Assembly (NCBI GenBank): GCA_002424095.1
Contig: DIPL01000001.1
Coordinates: forward strand, 2,184-66,183
Length of the DNA stretch: 64,000 nucleotides
Source: Christensenella sp. UBA5489
GTDB taxonomy: Bacteria; Bacillota; Clostridia; Christensenellales; UBA1242
Reading direction: 5' to 3'
Part shown: positions 49,273 to 59,863 of the stretch, piece by piece
Position numbering within the stretch: position 1 is the stretch's first letter
How the letters are laid out: every line of letters starts with the position of its first letter
Position numbers and translations under genes: made by a program
Notes under the pieces: model-generated
Databases searched by the model: none
What the model was told of the DNA's origin: nothing
Seen by the model: the letters and a program-made list of their open reading frames with translations, nothing else

Positions 49273-50016
49273 TTGATTGCAAAAACGGTCGAAGATATTA
49301 CTTGTATGCGGAAGGCAGGAGAAATTGTCAAAAAAACATTACAATACGCTGAAACACTTATAAAACCAAACATTTCCACAATGTATCTTGACAAATTGAT
49401 AAAAATGTATATAATAAAAAGCAATGCAACTCCATCTTTTTTGAACTATCAAGGTTTTCCTGCAAGTGCCTGCATATCTGTTAATGACGTTGTAGAACAC
49501 GGAATTCCAAGTGATGACATAATTTTAAAAGAAGGAGATATTGTAAGCGTTGATGTTGGAGCGAACTATAATGGATTTCACGGAGACGCATCACGAACTT
49601 TCGCCGTTGGAGAAATTTCACCGCAGAAAAAAAGATTGATTGATATTACTGAACAATGTTTTTTTAAAGGAATTGAGGCATTAAAGGTTGGCGAAAGATT
49701 AGGGAAACTTTCAAATGCAATACAAAAACACGCCGAGAAAAATGGATATAGTGTTGTTCGAGAATTAGTCGGACATGGAATTGGAAAAAAACTTCACGAT
49801 TTTCCGAACGTGCCAAATTATGGCAAACCAACGGATAACATAACTGTTCCGGAAAACATTTTTCTGGCAATTGAGCCGATGATTAATATGGGCAAAAAAG
49901 AAATCTACATTGAAAATGACGGCTGGACTGTACGAACAAAAGATGGATTATCCTCTGCACATTATGAAAATACAATTTTTGTAACAACTGCGGGCGTGGA
50001 AATTCTTACTTTATAA
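49273..50016 (+). CDS. map: Methionine aminopeptidase type I
   Basis: HGIP, GHGIG, IEPM, SAHYEN. Confidence 0.96.
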   Translation: MIAKTVEDITCMRKAGEIVKKTLQYAETLIKPNISTMYLDKLIKMYIIKSNATPSFLNYQGFPASACISVNDVVEHGIPSDDIILKEGDIVSVDVGANYNGFHGDASRTFAVGEISPQKKRLIDITEQCFFKGIEALKVGERLGKLSNAIQKHAEKNGYSVVRELVGHGIGKKLHDFPNVPNYGKPTDNITVPENIFLAIEPMINMGKKEIYIENDGWTVRTKDGLSSAHYENTIFVTTAGVEILTL

Positions 50017-50064
50017 AAAGCAATCAAGAAATTAAGTAAATAAGATAAATCAGGAGTAATTTTA

Positions 50065-50307
50065 ATGTCGAAAGACGATGTAATTAAATTTGAAGGTGTT
50101 GTTGAACAAGTTTTGCCAAATACAATATTTATGGTGAAATTGAGCAATGGACACAAAATAAGAGCACATATATCAGGAAGAATGAGAATTCGAAGCAAGT
50201 GGATTATGGTTGGCGATTTGGTTACTGTGGAAATAAGTCCTTATGACTTAACTCAGGGACGAATTATATACCGACAAATTGCAGGAAAATCTAAACCGAC
50301 GAATTAA
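50065..50307 (+). CDS. infA: Translation initiation factor IF-1
   Basis: [18 protein letters not shown]. Confidence 0.97.
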   Translation: MSKDDVIKFEGVVEQVLPNTIFMVKLSNGHKIRAHISGRMRIRSKWIMVGDLVTVEISPYDLTQGRIIYRQIAGKSKPTN

Positions 50308-50338
50308 AAAGAAATTTTCAAAAACGAAAGGGGAAATT

Positions 50339-50452
50339 ATGAAAGTCAGAGCATCAGTTAAGCCAATTTGTAATAAATGTAAAGTTATTAAAAGAAAAGG
50401 CAAAGTTATGGTTATTTGTGTGAATAAAAAACACAAACAAACGCAGGGATAA
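50339..50452 (+). CDS. rpmJ: 50S ribosomal protein L36 (not in ORF track)
   Basis: Manual translation [37 protein letters not shown]. Confidence 0.97.
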   Translation: MKVRASVKPICNKCKVIKRKGKVMVICVNKKHKQTQG

Positions 50453-50578
50453 AAATTCTATGATTTTAATATTTGTTTAATTAAAATCAAAAATCAATTT
50501 AAAAATAAAATTTTGTAATTAAAAGAATTGCAGAATTTGAAGATATAAATCTATATAAAATTTTTGGAGGAAAATAAT

Positions 50579-50962
50579 ATGGCGAGAATTGCTGGCGTGG
50601 ATTTGCCGAGAGATAAACGCATTGAAGTTGGTCTTACGAGTATATACGGAATTGGTCAAACAGCGGCTTCTAAAATACTTGCGGAAACAGGAATCAATCC
50701 AGACACGAGAGTTAAGGATTTAGATGAAAATGATACCGCTAAACTTAGAACCTATATCGACAAAAACTACCCTGTTGAAGGCGAAAAGAGAAAGCAAGTT
50801 TCAATGGATATTAAAAGATTGACTGAAATTGGCTCTTATCGTGGAATTCGTCATCGAAAAGGGTTACCTGTTCGTGGACAAAACACAAAAACAAATGCCC
50901 GTACACACAAAGGTCCGAAAAGAGCAGTAGGTGGAAGTTCGGCAAAAATCAAGAAAAAGTAA
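50579..50962 (+). CDS. rpsM: 30S ribosomal protein S13
   Basis: [20 protein letters not shown]. Confidence 0.98.
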   Translation: MARIAGVDLPRDKRIEVGLTSIYGIGQTAASKILAETGINPDTRVKDLDENDTAKLRTYIDKNYPVEGEKRKQVSMDIKRLTEIGSYRGIRHRKGLPVRGQNTKTNARTHKGPKRAVGGSSAKIKKK

Positions 50963-51015
50963 ACTAAAATATAGCGTAAAAGTAATAATTAAAAATCTAA
51001 TATAGGAGTTTAAAA

Positions 51016-51414
51016 ATGGCAGAAAAATCAAGTGCTACCGGCAGAAAGAAAAAAAGAGTTACAAAGTCTATTGAAAAAGGACAAGTTCATATTCAAGCGA
51101 CTTTTACAAATACAATTGTAACTTTTACAGATATGGCGGGTAATACAATTTCGTGGGCAAGTAGCGGCAAATTTGGTTTCAAAAGTTCTAAAAAAAGCAC
51201 GCCCTTTGCAGCACAACAGTGTGTTGAAGATGCTGGAAAAGTTGCAAAAGAACAAGGATTGAAATCGGTTGAAGTCTATGTTAAAGGTCCAGGAAATGGT
51301 AGAGAAGCAGCAATCAGGGCTTTATCTACACTCGGTTTCGATGTAACTTTAATTCGAGACGTATCACCTGTTGCACATAACGGTTGCCGTCCACCGAAAG
51401 TTCGAAGAGTATAA
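51016..51414 (+). CDS. rpsK: 30S ribosomal protein S11
   Basis: [15 protein letters not shown]. Confidence 0.98.
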   Translation: MAEKSSATGRKKKRVTKSIEKGQVHIQATFTNTIVTFTDMAGNTISWASSGKFGFKSSKKSTPFAAQQCVEDAGKVAKEQGLKSVEVYVKGPGNGREAAIRALSTLGFDVTLIRDVSPVAHNGCRPPKVRRV

Positions 51415-51519
51415 TTAATAGAATCAGTCTTTGTTTAGATTGATTTTTAAAATACAAAGGTTATAAATATAAAAAAACAAAAACTATTTAAAGGAAACCT
51501 AAAAAGGAGAAAAATAAAT

Positions 51520-52140
51520 ATGGCAAGACTTCTTGATGCAAAATGCCGCCAATGTAGGCGTGAAGGCGTTAAACTTTTCTTAAAAGGCGAAAGATGCACA
51601 TCTAAAAAATGTTCTGTTGAACGTCGTCCAGTTGTGCCAGGTCAGCACGGTATGGGCAGAAAAAGAACAACGCAATATGCTTCACAGTTGAGAGAAAAGC
51701 AAAAAGTTAAAAGAACTTATGGCATTTTGGAAAAACAATTCCGTGGTTATTATGAAGCAGCCACTCGAATGAAAGGCAAAGTTGGCGAAAGCATGCTTTC
51801 ATTGATTGAAAGACGATTAGACAACGTTGTTTATCGTATGGGAATAGGTGCTTCACGTGCGGAATGCAGACAAATTGTTAATCATGGTCATATAACTGTA
51901 AATGGCAAACGTGTCGATATTCCTTCTTTCATTGTTAAAGTTGGCGATGTTATCTCAATCAAAGAAAACAAAAGAGATATTGAAATGTTCAAGTCGCTTA
52001 AAGGAATGAAAGTTGTGATGCCAAAATGGCTTGAATTTGATACCGAAAAATTAACAGGTAAAGTTTTGGCATTACCTGAAAGAGATGATGTCGATATGAA
52101 TATTCAAGAACAATTGATAATTGAATTATATTCAAGATAA
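51520..52140 (+). CDS. rpsD: 30S ribosomal protein S4
   Basis: PGQHG, LREKQK, RLDNVVYR. Confidence 0.98.
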   Translation: MARLLDAKCRQCRREGVKLFLKGERCTSKKCSVERRPVVPGQHGMGRKRTTQYASQLREKQKVKRTYGILEKQFRGYYEAATRMKGKVGESMLSLIERRLDNVVYRMGIGASRAECRQIVNHGHITVNGKRVDIPSFIVKVGDVISIKENKRDIEMFKSLKGMKVVMPKWLEFDTEKLTGKVLALPERDDVDMNIQEQLIIELYSR

Positions 52141-52217
52141 AAATATAAAATAAATATTAAAATAGAAATCAAAAAGTGGAAATTTAATATTTCGTCGTAT
52201 AAAGGAGAATAAAATTT

Positions 52218-53171
52218 ATGATTGAAATTGAAAAGCCAAAGTTGACCTGTGAGGAAACCGAAAATGGTTATTTCGCGAAATTCATTGTTGAACCGCTTGA
52301 AAAAGGTTATGGCATTACACTTGGAAATTGTATGAGACGAACATTGCTTTCAGCAATGCCAGGAGTTGCGCCAATAGGTATTAAAATTGCGGGTGTTCAG
52401 CACGAATTTTCAACAATTCCAGGGGTTGTCGAAGATGTTGTCGATATTGTTTTAAACGTTAAGCAAATGGTTCTAAAATCACCAGACTTAAACAAAGAAA
52501 TAATGACTTCATTGAGAATTAAAAAAAATACACCGGGAGAAATAAAAGCGGGCGACTTTGAGCCAAATGATTTAATTGATGTTTTAAATCCTCAATTGCA
52601 TATTTGCACGCTGGATGAGAATGCTTCGGTTGATATGGAAATTTTGGTTGGGAAAGGGCGAGGATATGTTCCGAATATTGTAAATAAAGAAAGAATTGAC
52701 AGTCTTGAATATATTGCTATTGATTCGCTTTATTCGCCAGTTTTAAGAGTTAGTTATAATGTCGAAAGCACTCGTGTTGGACAAAATATAAACTTTGATA
52801 AATTAACCTTGGAAGTTAAAACAAACGGTTCTATGACAGCGAAAGATATTGTTTCATTAGCAGGAAAAATCGTAATTGAGCATATCTCAATGTTTGGTGA
52901 ACTCAGCAGTAATTTTGATGAAGTGAACGTTCTTGTTTCAAAAGAAGATGATGTTCAATCAAAAATTTTGGAAATGCCAATTGAAGAAATGGATTTTTCA
53001 GTAAGGTCATATAATTGTCTTAAAAGAGCAAACATTAATACGATTGAAGATTTGGTGAGCAAGACAAGAACAGATATGCTCAAAGTTAGAAACCTTGGCT
53101 TGAAATCAATTGAAGAAGTTGTTCAAAAACTTGATACCTATGGTTTAGGGTTGCGTCAAGAAGAAGACTAG
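52218..53171 (+). CDS. rpoA: RNA polymerase subunit alpha
   Basis: EPLEKGYGITLGN, SVRSYNCLKRA. Confidence 0.98.
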   Translation: MIEIEKPKLTCEETENGYFAKFIVEPLEKGYGITLGNCMRRTLLSAMPGVAPIGIKIAGVQHEFSTIPGVVEDVVDIVLNVKQMVLKSPDLNKEIMTSLRIKKNTPGEIKAGDFEPNDLIDVLNPQLHICTLDENASVDMEILVGKGRGYVPNIVNKERIDSLEYIAIDSLYSPVLRVSYNVESTRVGQNINFDKLTLEVKTNGSMTAKDIVSLAGKIVIEHISMFGELSSNFDEVNVLVSKEDDVQSKILEMPIEEMDFSVRSYNCLKRANINTIEDLVSKTRTDMLKVRNLGLKSIEEVVQKLDTYGLGLRQEED

Positions 53172-53244
53172 ACAAAATAAAATAATTAAATTAATTTCAT
53201 TTAAACACGATTTATAAATAAAATTTAAGAAAGGAGTAACTTAA

Positions 53245-53754
53245 ATGGCAAACAGTAAACTCGGATTGCCGACCAAAGAAAGAATTGCCTTGATAAGAAA
53301 TCAGGTGTCGCATTTGTTTTGGTACGGGAAAATAGAAACAACAAAAGCGAGAGCAAAGTCGGTACAAAGTAAAGCCGAAAAACTTTTAACTCTTGCAATT
53401 AATTCGTACGACGACACGGTTACGGTTACAAAAATGATAAAAGGTGCAGGAGATGTTAAGTCAGATAGAGAAGTTATCAATGATGGTCCAAAGAAACTGG
53501 CTGCCCGCCGTGCTATTATGAGTTATCTTTACGACTTGCAAGAACAAAGAAAAGAGAAAGAAAGTAAAGCATTATTCAAATCGAGGACAGAAGGAATAAA
53601 TCATCCTTTGATTGAGAAAATTTTCAATGTTTATGCACCAAAATATGCAGAGAGAATTAAAGAAATCGGCATCGGTGGTGGTTATACAAGAATTATAAAT
53701 CTAGACAAACGACGTGGTGATAACGCAGAACGTGTTATAATTGAGTTAATTTAA
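53245..53754 (+). CDS. rplQ: 50S ribosomal protein L17 (long, insertion-bearing clostridial form)
   Basis: IETTKARAK, GGYTRI, RRGDNA. Confidence 0.95.
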   Translation: MANSKLGLPTKERIALIRNQVSHLFWYGKIETTKARAKSVQSKAEKLLTLAINSYDDTVTVTKMIKGAGDVKSDREVINDGPKKLAARRAIMSYLYDLQEQRKEKESKALFKSRTEGINHPLIEKIFNVYAPKYAERIKEIGIGGGYTRIINLDKRRGDNAERVIIELI

Positions 53755-53851
53755 TAGGTTTAAACTTGAATTGTTATAATATTTGTACCTACGTAATACA
53801 GCGAAATTTTTAAAATAATTTGAAAAAAATTATGCGCAATAGCGCACGTTT

Positions 53852-53890
53852 AGTTAAATTTCTATGATTTTTCATAGGATTTAATTTTTT
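53852..53890. terminator. Terminator hairpin between convergent rplQ and sigK
   Basis: TTAAATTTCTATGA/TCATAGGATTTAA plus T-run. Confidence 0.6.
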
Positions 53891-53936
53891 TATTAATAGT
53901 AAAATAAAGTTGGCAGTTAAATTTTTAAAACTTAAT

Positions 53937-54644
53937 TTATAAATCTGTTACTTCGTTAATATCTTTTAAATACTCTTTTATAGTAGCAAGTGCCTTAGTT
54001 TCTAAACGTGATATGTATGACCTTGAAATTCCAAGTTTGACGGCAACTTCTCTTTGCGTTAGTGCAGGAATTCCACCTATTCCGTACCTCATTTTTAAAA
54101 TATCTGCTTCTCTTTTTGGTAATGTTAAATCTATGAGTTTGCAAACTTTTTCATTGATAATATTATTTTCAACAACGCCGTAAATCTCATCTTCAAGAGA
54201 GGGAATGATGTCAAGCAACTCAACCTCATTTCCGTCTTTGTCCTGTCCTAAATTTTCCTGCAAAGAAATGACCCCTTTATGTTTTTTGTTGACACGAATC
54301 AACATTAGAACTTCATTTTCAATACATCTCGCAGCATATGTCGAAAGTTGAGTGCCTTTTCCGTATTTAAAAGTGTTGATTGCCTTAATAAGTCCAATTG
54401 CCCCCACAGAAATCAAATCATCGGCTTCACCTGCGCCTGAATACTTCTTAACAATGTGTGCCACAAGTCTTAAATTGTGGTTAATTAAAATATCTTTGGC
54501 TTTTTTATCGCCTTTTTTAAATCTATCATAATATTTTCTTTCTTCTTCTGGTGATAAAGGTTTAGGGAATCCTGTTGCACTATTTATGAACGATGAAAAT
54601 AATAAAATCTTGTTCATAAATAAAATAAAATTTTCAAAAACCAA
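53937..54644 (-). CDS. sigK: Sporulation sigma factor pro-SigK, uninterrupted (no skin element)
   Basis: FPKPLS, HNLRLVAHIVKKY, TYAARCIENE, TQREVA..LGISRSYISR; TTG start after GGAGG. Confidence 0.9.
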   Translation of the reverse strand: MVFENFILFMNKILLFSSFINSATGFPKPLSPEEERKYYDRFKKGDKKAKDILINHNLRLVAHIVKKYSGAGEADDLISVGAIGLIKAINTFKYGKGTQLSTYAARCIENEVLMLIRVNKKHKGVISLQENLGQDKDGNEVELLDIIPSLEDEIYGVVENNIINEKVCKLIDLTLPKREADILKMRYGIGGIPALTQREVAVKLGISRSYISRLETKALATIKEYLKDINEVTDL

Positions 54645-54821
54645 AAAAACCTCCGACAAACAAATTGCGTACGTTATTTATATATGCTTTTTTTTGTCGA
54701 ATTTTGCTTGTACGGTTGAAATTCAGCCTGTACACTGAAATTTTAATTTTGAGAAAATTTTGTTTACAAATTATGAAATTTATGCTATTATTACAACATA
54801 TTTATAAACAGGAGATAAAAG

Positions 54822-55016
54822 ATGATTGATAAAAATAAATGTATAGCCTGTGGAAGTTGCGTTAGTGTTTGTCCAGTCAATGCAATTGAATTTGAAGCGG
54901 ACGGAAAACCGCAAATAATCAAAGAGAAATGTATAAAATGCGGAAGTTGCGTTGCAATATGCCCAACACAAGCAATCACAATAAATGATGATAAAGAATC
55001 TAAAAAATTAACATAG
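54822..55016 (+). CDS. 2x[4Fe-4S] ferredoxin
   Basis: CIACGSCVSVCP and CIKCGSCVAICP. Confidence 0.92.
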   Translation: MIDKNKCIACGSCVSVCPVNAIEFEADGKPQIIKEKCIKCGSCVAICPTQAITINDDKESKKLT

Positions 55017-55054
55017 AAAAACAATCGAATAAAATTCGAAAAAGGAGTCAAACG

Positions 55055-56566
55055 TTGGAGAAAGCAGCATTAATTGAAATTTGTCCCGCTTCCCTTAAAA
55101 TGACAGTTGTGAGTTTAATCGGCGGAACATATTACAAAAAGAACAATCAAATAATTGAAACTTTAAGATTTGACGAAGACATATATGAAAATCAAACGCT
55201 GAGTATAGCAAAATTTAACGAATGTATAAAAATTTTAAATATTTTTCGTGATGTATGCAAATATAATAATATTGTAAAAATATATTGCGCCGCATCTTCG
55301 ATTTTTTCGAAACTGAAAAATGTACGCAATTTTCTTGAAGATATTCAAGAGCAGGCAGGATTTAATTTTAATGTTATAAGCGAAGATGAAGAACTAAAAT
55401 ATGCCTATAATGCAATTTATAACACTGTTGAACCGAATAAGGCAATTATGCTTTATATAAATCCAAATGACACTTTGGTTATGCATTTTTCCAAAAGAAA
55501 TATAATTTCGTCGCAAGTTTTAAATTTCGGTTCAAACACGCTTGCGGAAAAATTCAAAGATTTCGCAAACGATTCATCTATGGCAATTTCAAAAATGTTG
55601 GATTTTGTAAAAGAGCAGTTTAAAGACTTAGATTTTGAATTTAATGTGGAAGAAATAGGCTTTATAGGAGCAGGTGAGTCATTTCTAACGCTCAGCAAAC
55701 TTGTCCGAAAAATGACGCATTATCCGTTAGATAGAGATAATAATTTCGTGGTAAATAAAGCCGCTTTTTCCAAAGCATTTGAACTTTTGAAAGAATACGG
55801 CTTTGATAAAACAAAAAGACTTGCTAATATTTCCAATGAAAGATTAGATAATATAATCGGCGGATTTGTGATTATGGAAGCATTTTTCAAAAAATTTGAA
55901 AATCCTGCTTTCCACATAGCATCAAAATCAATTTCCGATGCAATTATTTCATCAAAAATAATTAAAGAAAGTCCAAGTGAAGTTTTTGCCGATGTTTTAG
56001 AAAATAGTCTTAATAATTTAAGATATTATTATAATATTGAAGATTCTAATGCTGATTGGGTATATAATTTCACAATTAATTTATTTAAACAAACGTCAAT
56101 AATTCATAAATTAACAAGAAAACATACAAAAGCGCTCAGAATTGCAGCCATTTTGTATGACTGCGGAAAACTCATTGATTTTGAGAATCATCCGAAATAT
56201 AGTAAAGACATAATCCTGAACTCGAAAATTTTCGGAGCCTCACATAAAGACCTTGTTATAGCCGCTTTTGCTTGCCAATGTCAGAATTTGGCAAATTTCA
56301 AACTTTCTGAATGGATAAAATATAAATCAATTGTTGATGAAGATGACTTGATAACTGCAAGAAAAATAGGTGTTTTGATAAAACTCTCCGAAAGTTTAGA
56401 CTGTAATAAACAGCAGAAAATAAGCGATGTAAAATGCGACATACTAGGCGATATTGTGATTATAAAAGTCAAGACGAACAGCAATGCCGAATATGAAATT
56501 CTGGAAGCAGGAAAGATTTCGCCTGCCTTTAAGAAAGTATTTAATAAAGATTTTCAAATAATTTAA
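55055..56566 (+). CDS. Ppx/GppA-family protein with HD-like C-terminal domain, degenerate catalytic motifs
   Basis: Overall architecture, ISEDEEL, ERLDNIIGG, AAILYDCGK. Confidence 0.75.
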   Translation: MEKAALIEICPASLKMTVVSLIGGTYYKKNNQIIETLRFDEDIYENQTLSIAKFNECIKILNIFRDVCKYNNIVKIYCAASSIFSKLKNVRNFLEDIQEQAGFNFNVISEDEELKYAYNAIYNTVEPNKAIMLYINPNDTLVMHFSKRNIISSQVLNFGSNTLAEKFKDFANDSSMAISKMLDFVKEQFKDLDFEFNVEEIGFIGAGESFLTLSKLVRKMTHYPLDRDNNFVVNKAAFSKAFELLKEYGFDKTKRLANISNERLDNIIGGFVIMEAFFKKFENPAFHIASKSISDAIISSKIIKESPSEVFADVLENSLNNLRYYYNIEDSNADWVYNFTINLFKQTSIIHKLTRKHTKALRIAAILYDCGKLIDFENHPKYSKDIILNSKIFGASHKDLVIAAFACQCQNLANFKLSEWIKYKSIVDEDDLITARKIGVLIKLSESLDCNKQQKISDVKCDILGDIVIIKVKTNSNAEYEILEAGKISPAFKKVFNKDFQII

Positions 56567-56750
56567 TTCTTTTACTTTTAGAAAGTTACACGGCAATCAA
56601 CAAAACATTAATACAAGTGTTTTGTTTTTTTATGAGTTTAAGCAAAAAATAAATAGTGAAAATTTAATCACTGCTTTTGTGCTTTCTTAAATTATTTTTT
56701 GAAAACTAAGTTAAAATTCAGCATATAAGATTTTGCAACATCCAACGGCA

Positions 56751-57224
56751 TTAAACATAAACGCCCAAAATTTTAAAACACCGTATTTCTCGTGGATGAT
56801 ATAATTTAAGATTTTTATTCATAGTGTTATTCGTATGAGCCGTTACATAAACCTCTCCATCAGTGATATTTGTAACAACAAGGCTATGATTAAAAAAGGT
56901 TGATTGTTTGATTTGAACAATATCTCCAAGTTCCAGTTCTTCCAGTTCGCAAAGCCGTGCATATGGTCCAAACGTTTTATTCTTTAAAAGAAAATTTTTC
57001 AAAAAATCAACACCCGTCCAACTCGGACTTTTTTCATTCGGACTTATATAAAACCAACCATTTATTTTATAAAAATTCATTACACCGCTACCGGCATAGA
57101 TACATTGAGAAACAAAATTCGTGCAATCACCGCCAATTTTGTCATAATTATAATATTTTGGATTAGTGCTGTTCCACCAAGTAAAAGCATAGTTAACCGC
57201 ACTATTTCTATTATAAGGTTTCAT
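56751..57224 (-). CDS. Putative amidase domain protein (Amidase_6/YhbB-like)
   Basis: YNRNSAVNYA, GGDCTNFVSQC, HSLVVT, AHT. Confidence 0.85.
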   Translation of the reverse strand: MKPYNRNSAVNYAFTWWNSTNPKYYNYDKIGGDCTNFVSQCIYAGSGVMNFYKINGWFYISPNEKSPSWTGVDFLKNFLLKNKTFGPYARLCELEELELGDIVQIKQSTFFNHSLVVTNITDGEVYVTAHTNNTMNKNLKLYHPREIRCFKILGVYV

Positions 57225-57273
57225 AATAAAATTGTATTCGAAAGAAAAATTTTATGTTAAAGCAAACAAAATA

Positions 57274-57314
57274 TAATAAAAAAATCTAAAAATAATTTTT
57301 AGATTTTTTTATTA
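57274..57314 (-). terminator. Terminator after glyQS
   Basis: 20-bp inverted repeat TAATAAAAAAATCTAAAAAT / ATTTTTAGATTTTTTTATTA. Confidence 0.6.
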
Positions 57315-57331
57315 AACATTTAAAGATATTA

Positions 57332-58714
57332 TTAAAATTTAATTTTATCATTAATGAAATTTGTAAGTTCATCAATTTTTAATACAACTTGCTCCATACT
57401 ATCTCTATCACGCAATGTTATAGTATCGTTGGAAAGTGTGTTATCGTCAATTGTAGCACAAAAGGGAGTGCCGATTGCATCTTGTCTGCGGTATCTCTTG
57501 CCGATGCTTCCTGTATCATCATACATTGCCCTAAAACTTTTACAAAGCATTGAATAAATTTCTTTTGCTTTTTCACTATGTGTTTTCTTAATTAAGGGCA
57601 GAACGGCCACTTTAAAAGGTGCTATTGATGGATTAATCTTTAAAATTTCACGTTCAGAACCATCTTCAAGCGTTTCAATATTATAAGCATTATCTAAAAT
57701 TGCCAATATAATTCTATCTAAGCCATAAGAAGCCTCGACAATATAAGGAATAAATTTTTCGCCCGTTATAGCATCTAAATATTCCATATTTTTCCCTGAA
57801 AATTCTTGATGACGACTTAAATCATAATCAGTTCTGTTATGAATTCCGTTAATTTCATCCCAACCCATCATAAATTCATATTGAACATCACATGCGTTTT
57901 TTGCATAATGTGCAAGTTTATCGTGATTTTTGAAACGAAGTTTCTCTTGCGGAAGTCCTAAGCCTTTCAAAAAATCAATGGAGAACTGTTTATAAAATTC
58001 ATAAAACTCCTCGTCCGTTCCTTTTTTACAAAACCATTGATGCTCCATTTGTTCAAATTCAATTGTTCTGAAAGTGAAGTTCCCTGGTGTTATTTCATTT
58101 CTGAATGCTTTGCCTATTTGCCCAATTCCAAAAGGAATTTTAAGTCTCAGACTTCTTTGAACATTGAGAAAATTAACAAATTCGCCTTGTGCAGTTTCAG
58201 GACGCAAATAGACTATGCTTGAACTTTCTTTCGTAACGCCACGAGTTGTTTCAAACATTAAATTAAATTGTCGAATAGGTGTAAAATTATTTTTTTTACA
58301 CACAGGGCAGGAGACTTTATTTTTTATAATGTATTTTTCAATTTCCGTATTATCCATAAGGTCAGCGTTGATTGTTCCATTTGTATAATCCTCAATTAAT
58401 TTATCTGCCCTATGTCTTGTTTTACATTCTCTACAATCCATTAACGGATCAGAAAAAGAAGTAATATGTCCTGATGCTTCCCAAACCTTTGGATTCATAA
58501 GAATTGCTGCATCTATACCGTGCGAGTTTTGACTTTCTTGAATAAATTTTTTCCACCATGCTGATTTTATATTATTTTTAAGTTCAATGCCGACAGGACC
58601 ATAATCCCAAGAATTTGCAAGTCCGCCATATATTTCGCTTCCGGGAAAAATTATTCCCATAATTTTGCAATGTGAAACCAGTTTTTCCATATTCACTTTT
58701 TTTGTTTTATCCAT
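57332..58714 (-). CDS. glyQS: Glycine--tRNA ligase, homodimeric type
   Basis: EIYGG, YLRPETAQG, FRNEITP, SIGKRYRRQD. Confidence 0.97.
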   Translation of the reverse strand: MDKTKKVNMEKLVSHCKIMGIIFPGSEIYGGLANSWDYGPVGIELKNNIKSAWWKKFIQESQNSHGIDAAILMNPKVWEASGHITSFSDPLMDCRECKTRHRADKLIEDYTNGTINADLMDNTEIEKYIIKNKVSCPVCKKNNFTPIRQFNLMFETTRGVTKESSSIVYLRPETAQGEFVNFLNVQRSLRLKIPFGIGQIGKAFRNEITPGNFTFRTIEFEQMEHQWFCKKGTDEEFYEFYKQFSIDFLKGLGLPQEKLRFKNHDKLAHYAKNACDVQYEFMMGWDEINGIHNRTDYDLSRHQEFSGKNMEYLDAITGEKFIPYIVEASYGLDRIILAILDNAYNIETLEDGSEREILKINPSIAPFKVAVLPLIKKTHSEKAKEIYSMLCKSFRAMYDDTGSIGKRYRRQDAIGTPFCATIDDNTLSNDTITLRDRDSMEQVVLKIDELTNFINDKIKF

Positions 58715-59060
58715 AATTTTTCCTTTATTTTAGAAAATTGTATTAATGTTAATTGTTAATATTTTATTAAATCTTGGATTTATTAACTATAATTTTAATA
58801 TCATATAAAAAAATATTAAATAATTTTAAAATTAGATAAATATTTTAAATAATTTGTGATATAATAAATTAACAGGACTTATATCAATCTGCAAGTTATA
58901 AGTACAGTTTCTAGTATATTAAGTTTTGAAGTGATTTGTCAAACTTTTTATCAAAAAACTTTAAAAAATCAAAAATTTATAAAAAATAAGCCCTAAAACA
59001 GTTGCATTAATAAAAAATTGTTATTATAATAATAATGATTTTTAAAAAAGGAGAGAGAAA

Positions 59061-59573
59061 ATGAAATTTTTTAAATCTATTGCATGTTGTGCGGTTGCAC
59101 TTTGTATGAGTTTTATTATGGTTGGTTGTGCGTGTGGCGCTCAGAACATAACATTAGGAACTTATAACGAAGAGACAAATACATTTAGCGCACTTGGTGC
59201 AAATCCTGGCTATTCTTTAACTATTGCTGATAAAGACTTAACCTTAAATGGTGAAATTCCGTATGACGAAGATGGTTTTACAGACCCAGCAGTTGCAGCG
59301 GGAAATATCGTAGTTATTCAGTTTAAATCACCAACAGTGTTAGGGGAAGAGGATGTTCCTGTTATTGAAACAAAAGCACAGGGCGAAACAGAATTTACAG
59401 CACAAGCCAATATCGAAGAAGATAAAACTTTTGTTTGGATTGTAAAGATTGATGCTAAGACTGATGTAAACCAAATTAAGATTACATGGACTGAAGAATC
59501 TGATGCAATTACTTATACTTTAAAAGTTGCGTCAACAGCGACATTAGAAGAAGCACCTGCACCAGAAGTTTAA
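59061..59573 (+). CDS. Acidic putative lipoprotein
   Basis: Signal peptide ending MVGC lipobox-like; AAGGAG RBS. Confidence 0.7.
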   Translation: MKFFKSIACCAVALCMSFIMVGCACGAQNITLGTYNEETNTFSALGANPGYSLTIADKDLTLNGEIPYDEDGFTDPAVAAGNIVVIQFKSPTVLGEEDVPVIETKAQGETEFTAQANIEEDKTFVWIVKIDAKTDVNQIKITWTEESDAITYTLKVASTATLEEAPAPEV

Positions 59574-59646
59574 AAATGAGATAAATTAAATTAATAATTA
59601 GATTTGATAAAATATTTCTTATCAAATTAATAAGAATTTAAACTCT

Positions 59647-59681
59647 ATAAAAAATTCCGATTTGAAATCGGAATTTTTTAT
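59647..59681. terminator. Bidirectional terminator
   Basis: ATAAAAAATTCCGATTT / AAATCGGAATTTTTTAT. Confidence 0.75.
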
Positions 59682-59863
59682 TTCATTTATTGTTTATTTT
59701 TTATGATTTTATGAATAATTGGTTTCATATTTACTTTTTCAAAAAAATCAGATGCTTTAAAATAACAAAAAACGCAAGTTTTGACCACTCGACTTTTAAA
59801 AAGTGCCAATTGAAAATTTTTAAGATTTATTTTAATTTTGTTTTTTTTATTATTAAAAATGAT

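Noticed and set aside
36433..50436. Many antisense and alternate-frame ORFs over ribosomal genes
   Set aside because: Shadows of conserved coding frames with no independent motifs or RBS
58715..59060. T-box or riboswitch in the glyQS/lipoprotein intergenic region
   Set aside because: No T-box GGTGGNACCGCG-like motif; only a weak ACTTATA/TATAAGT hairpin
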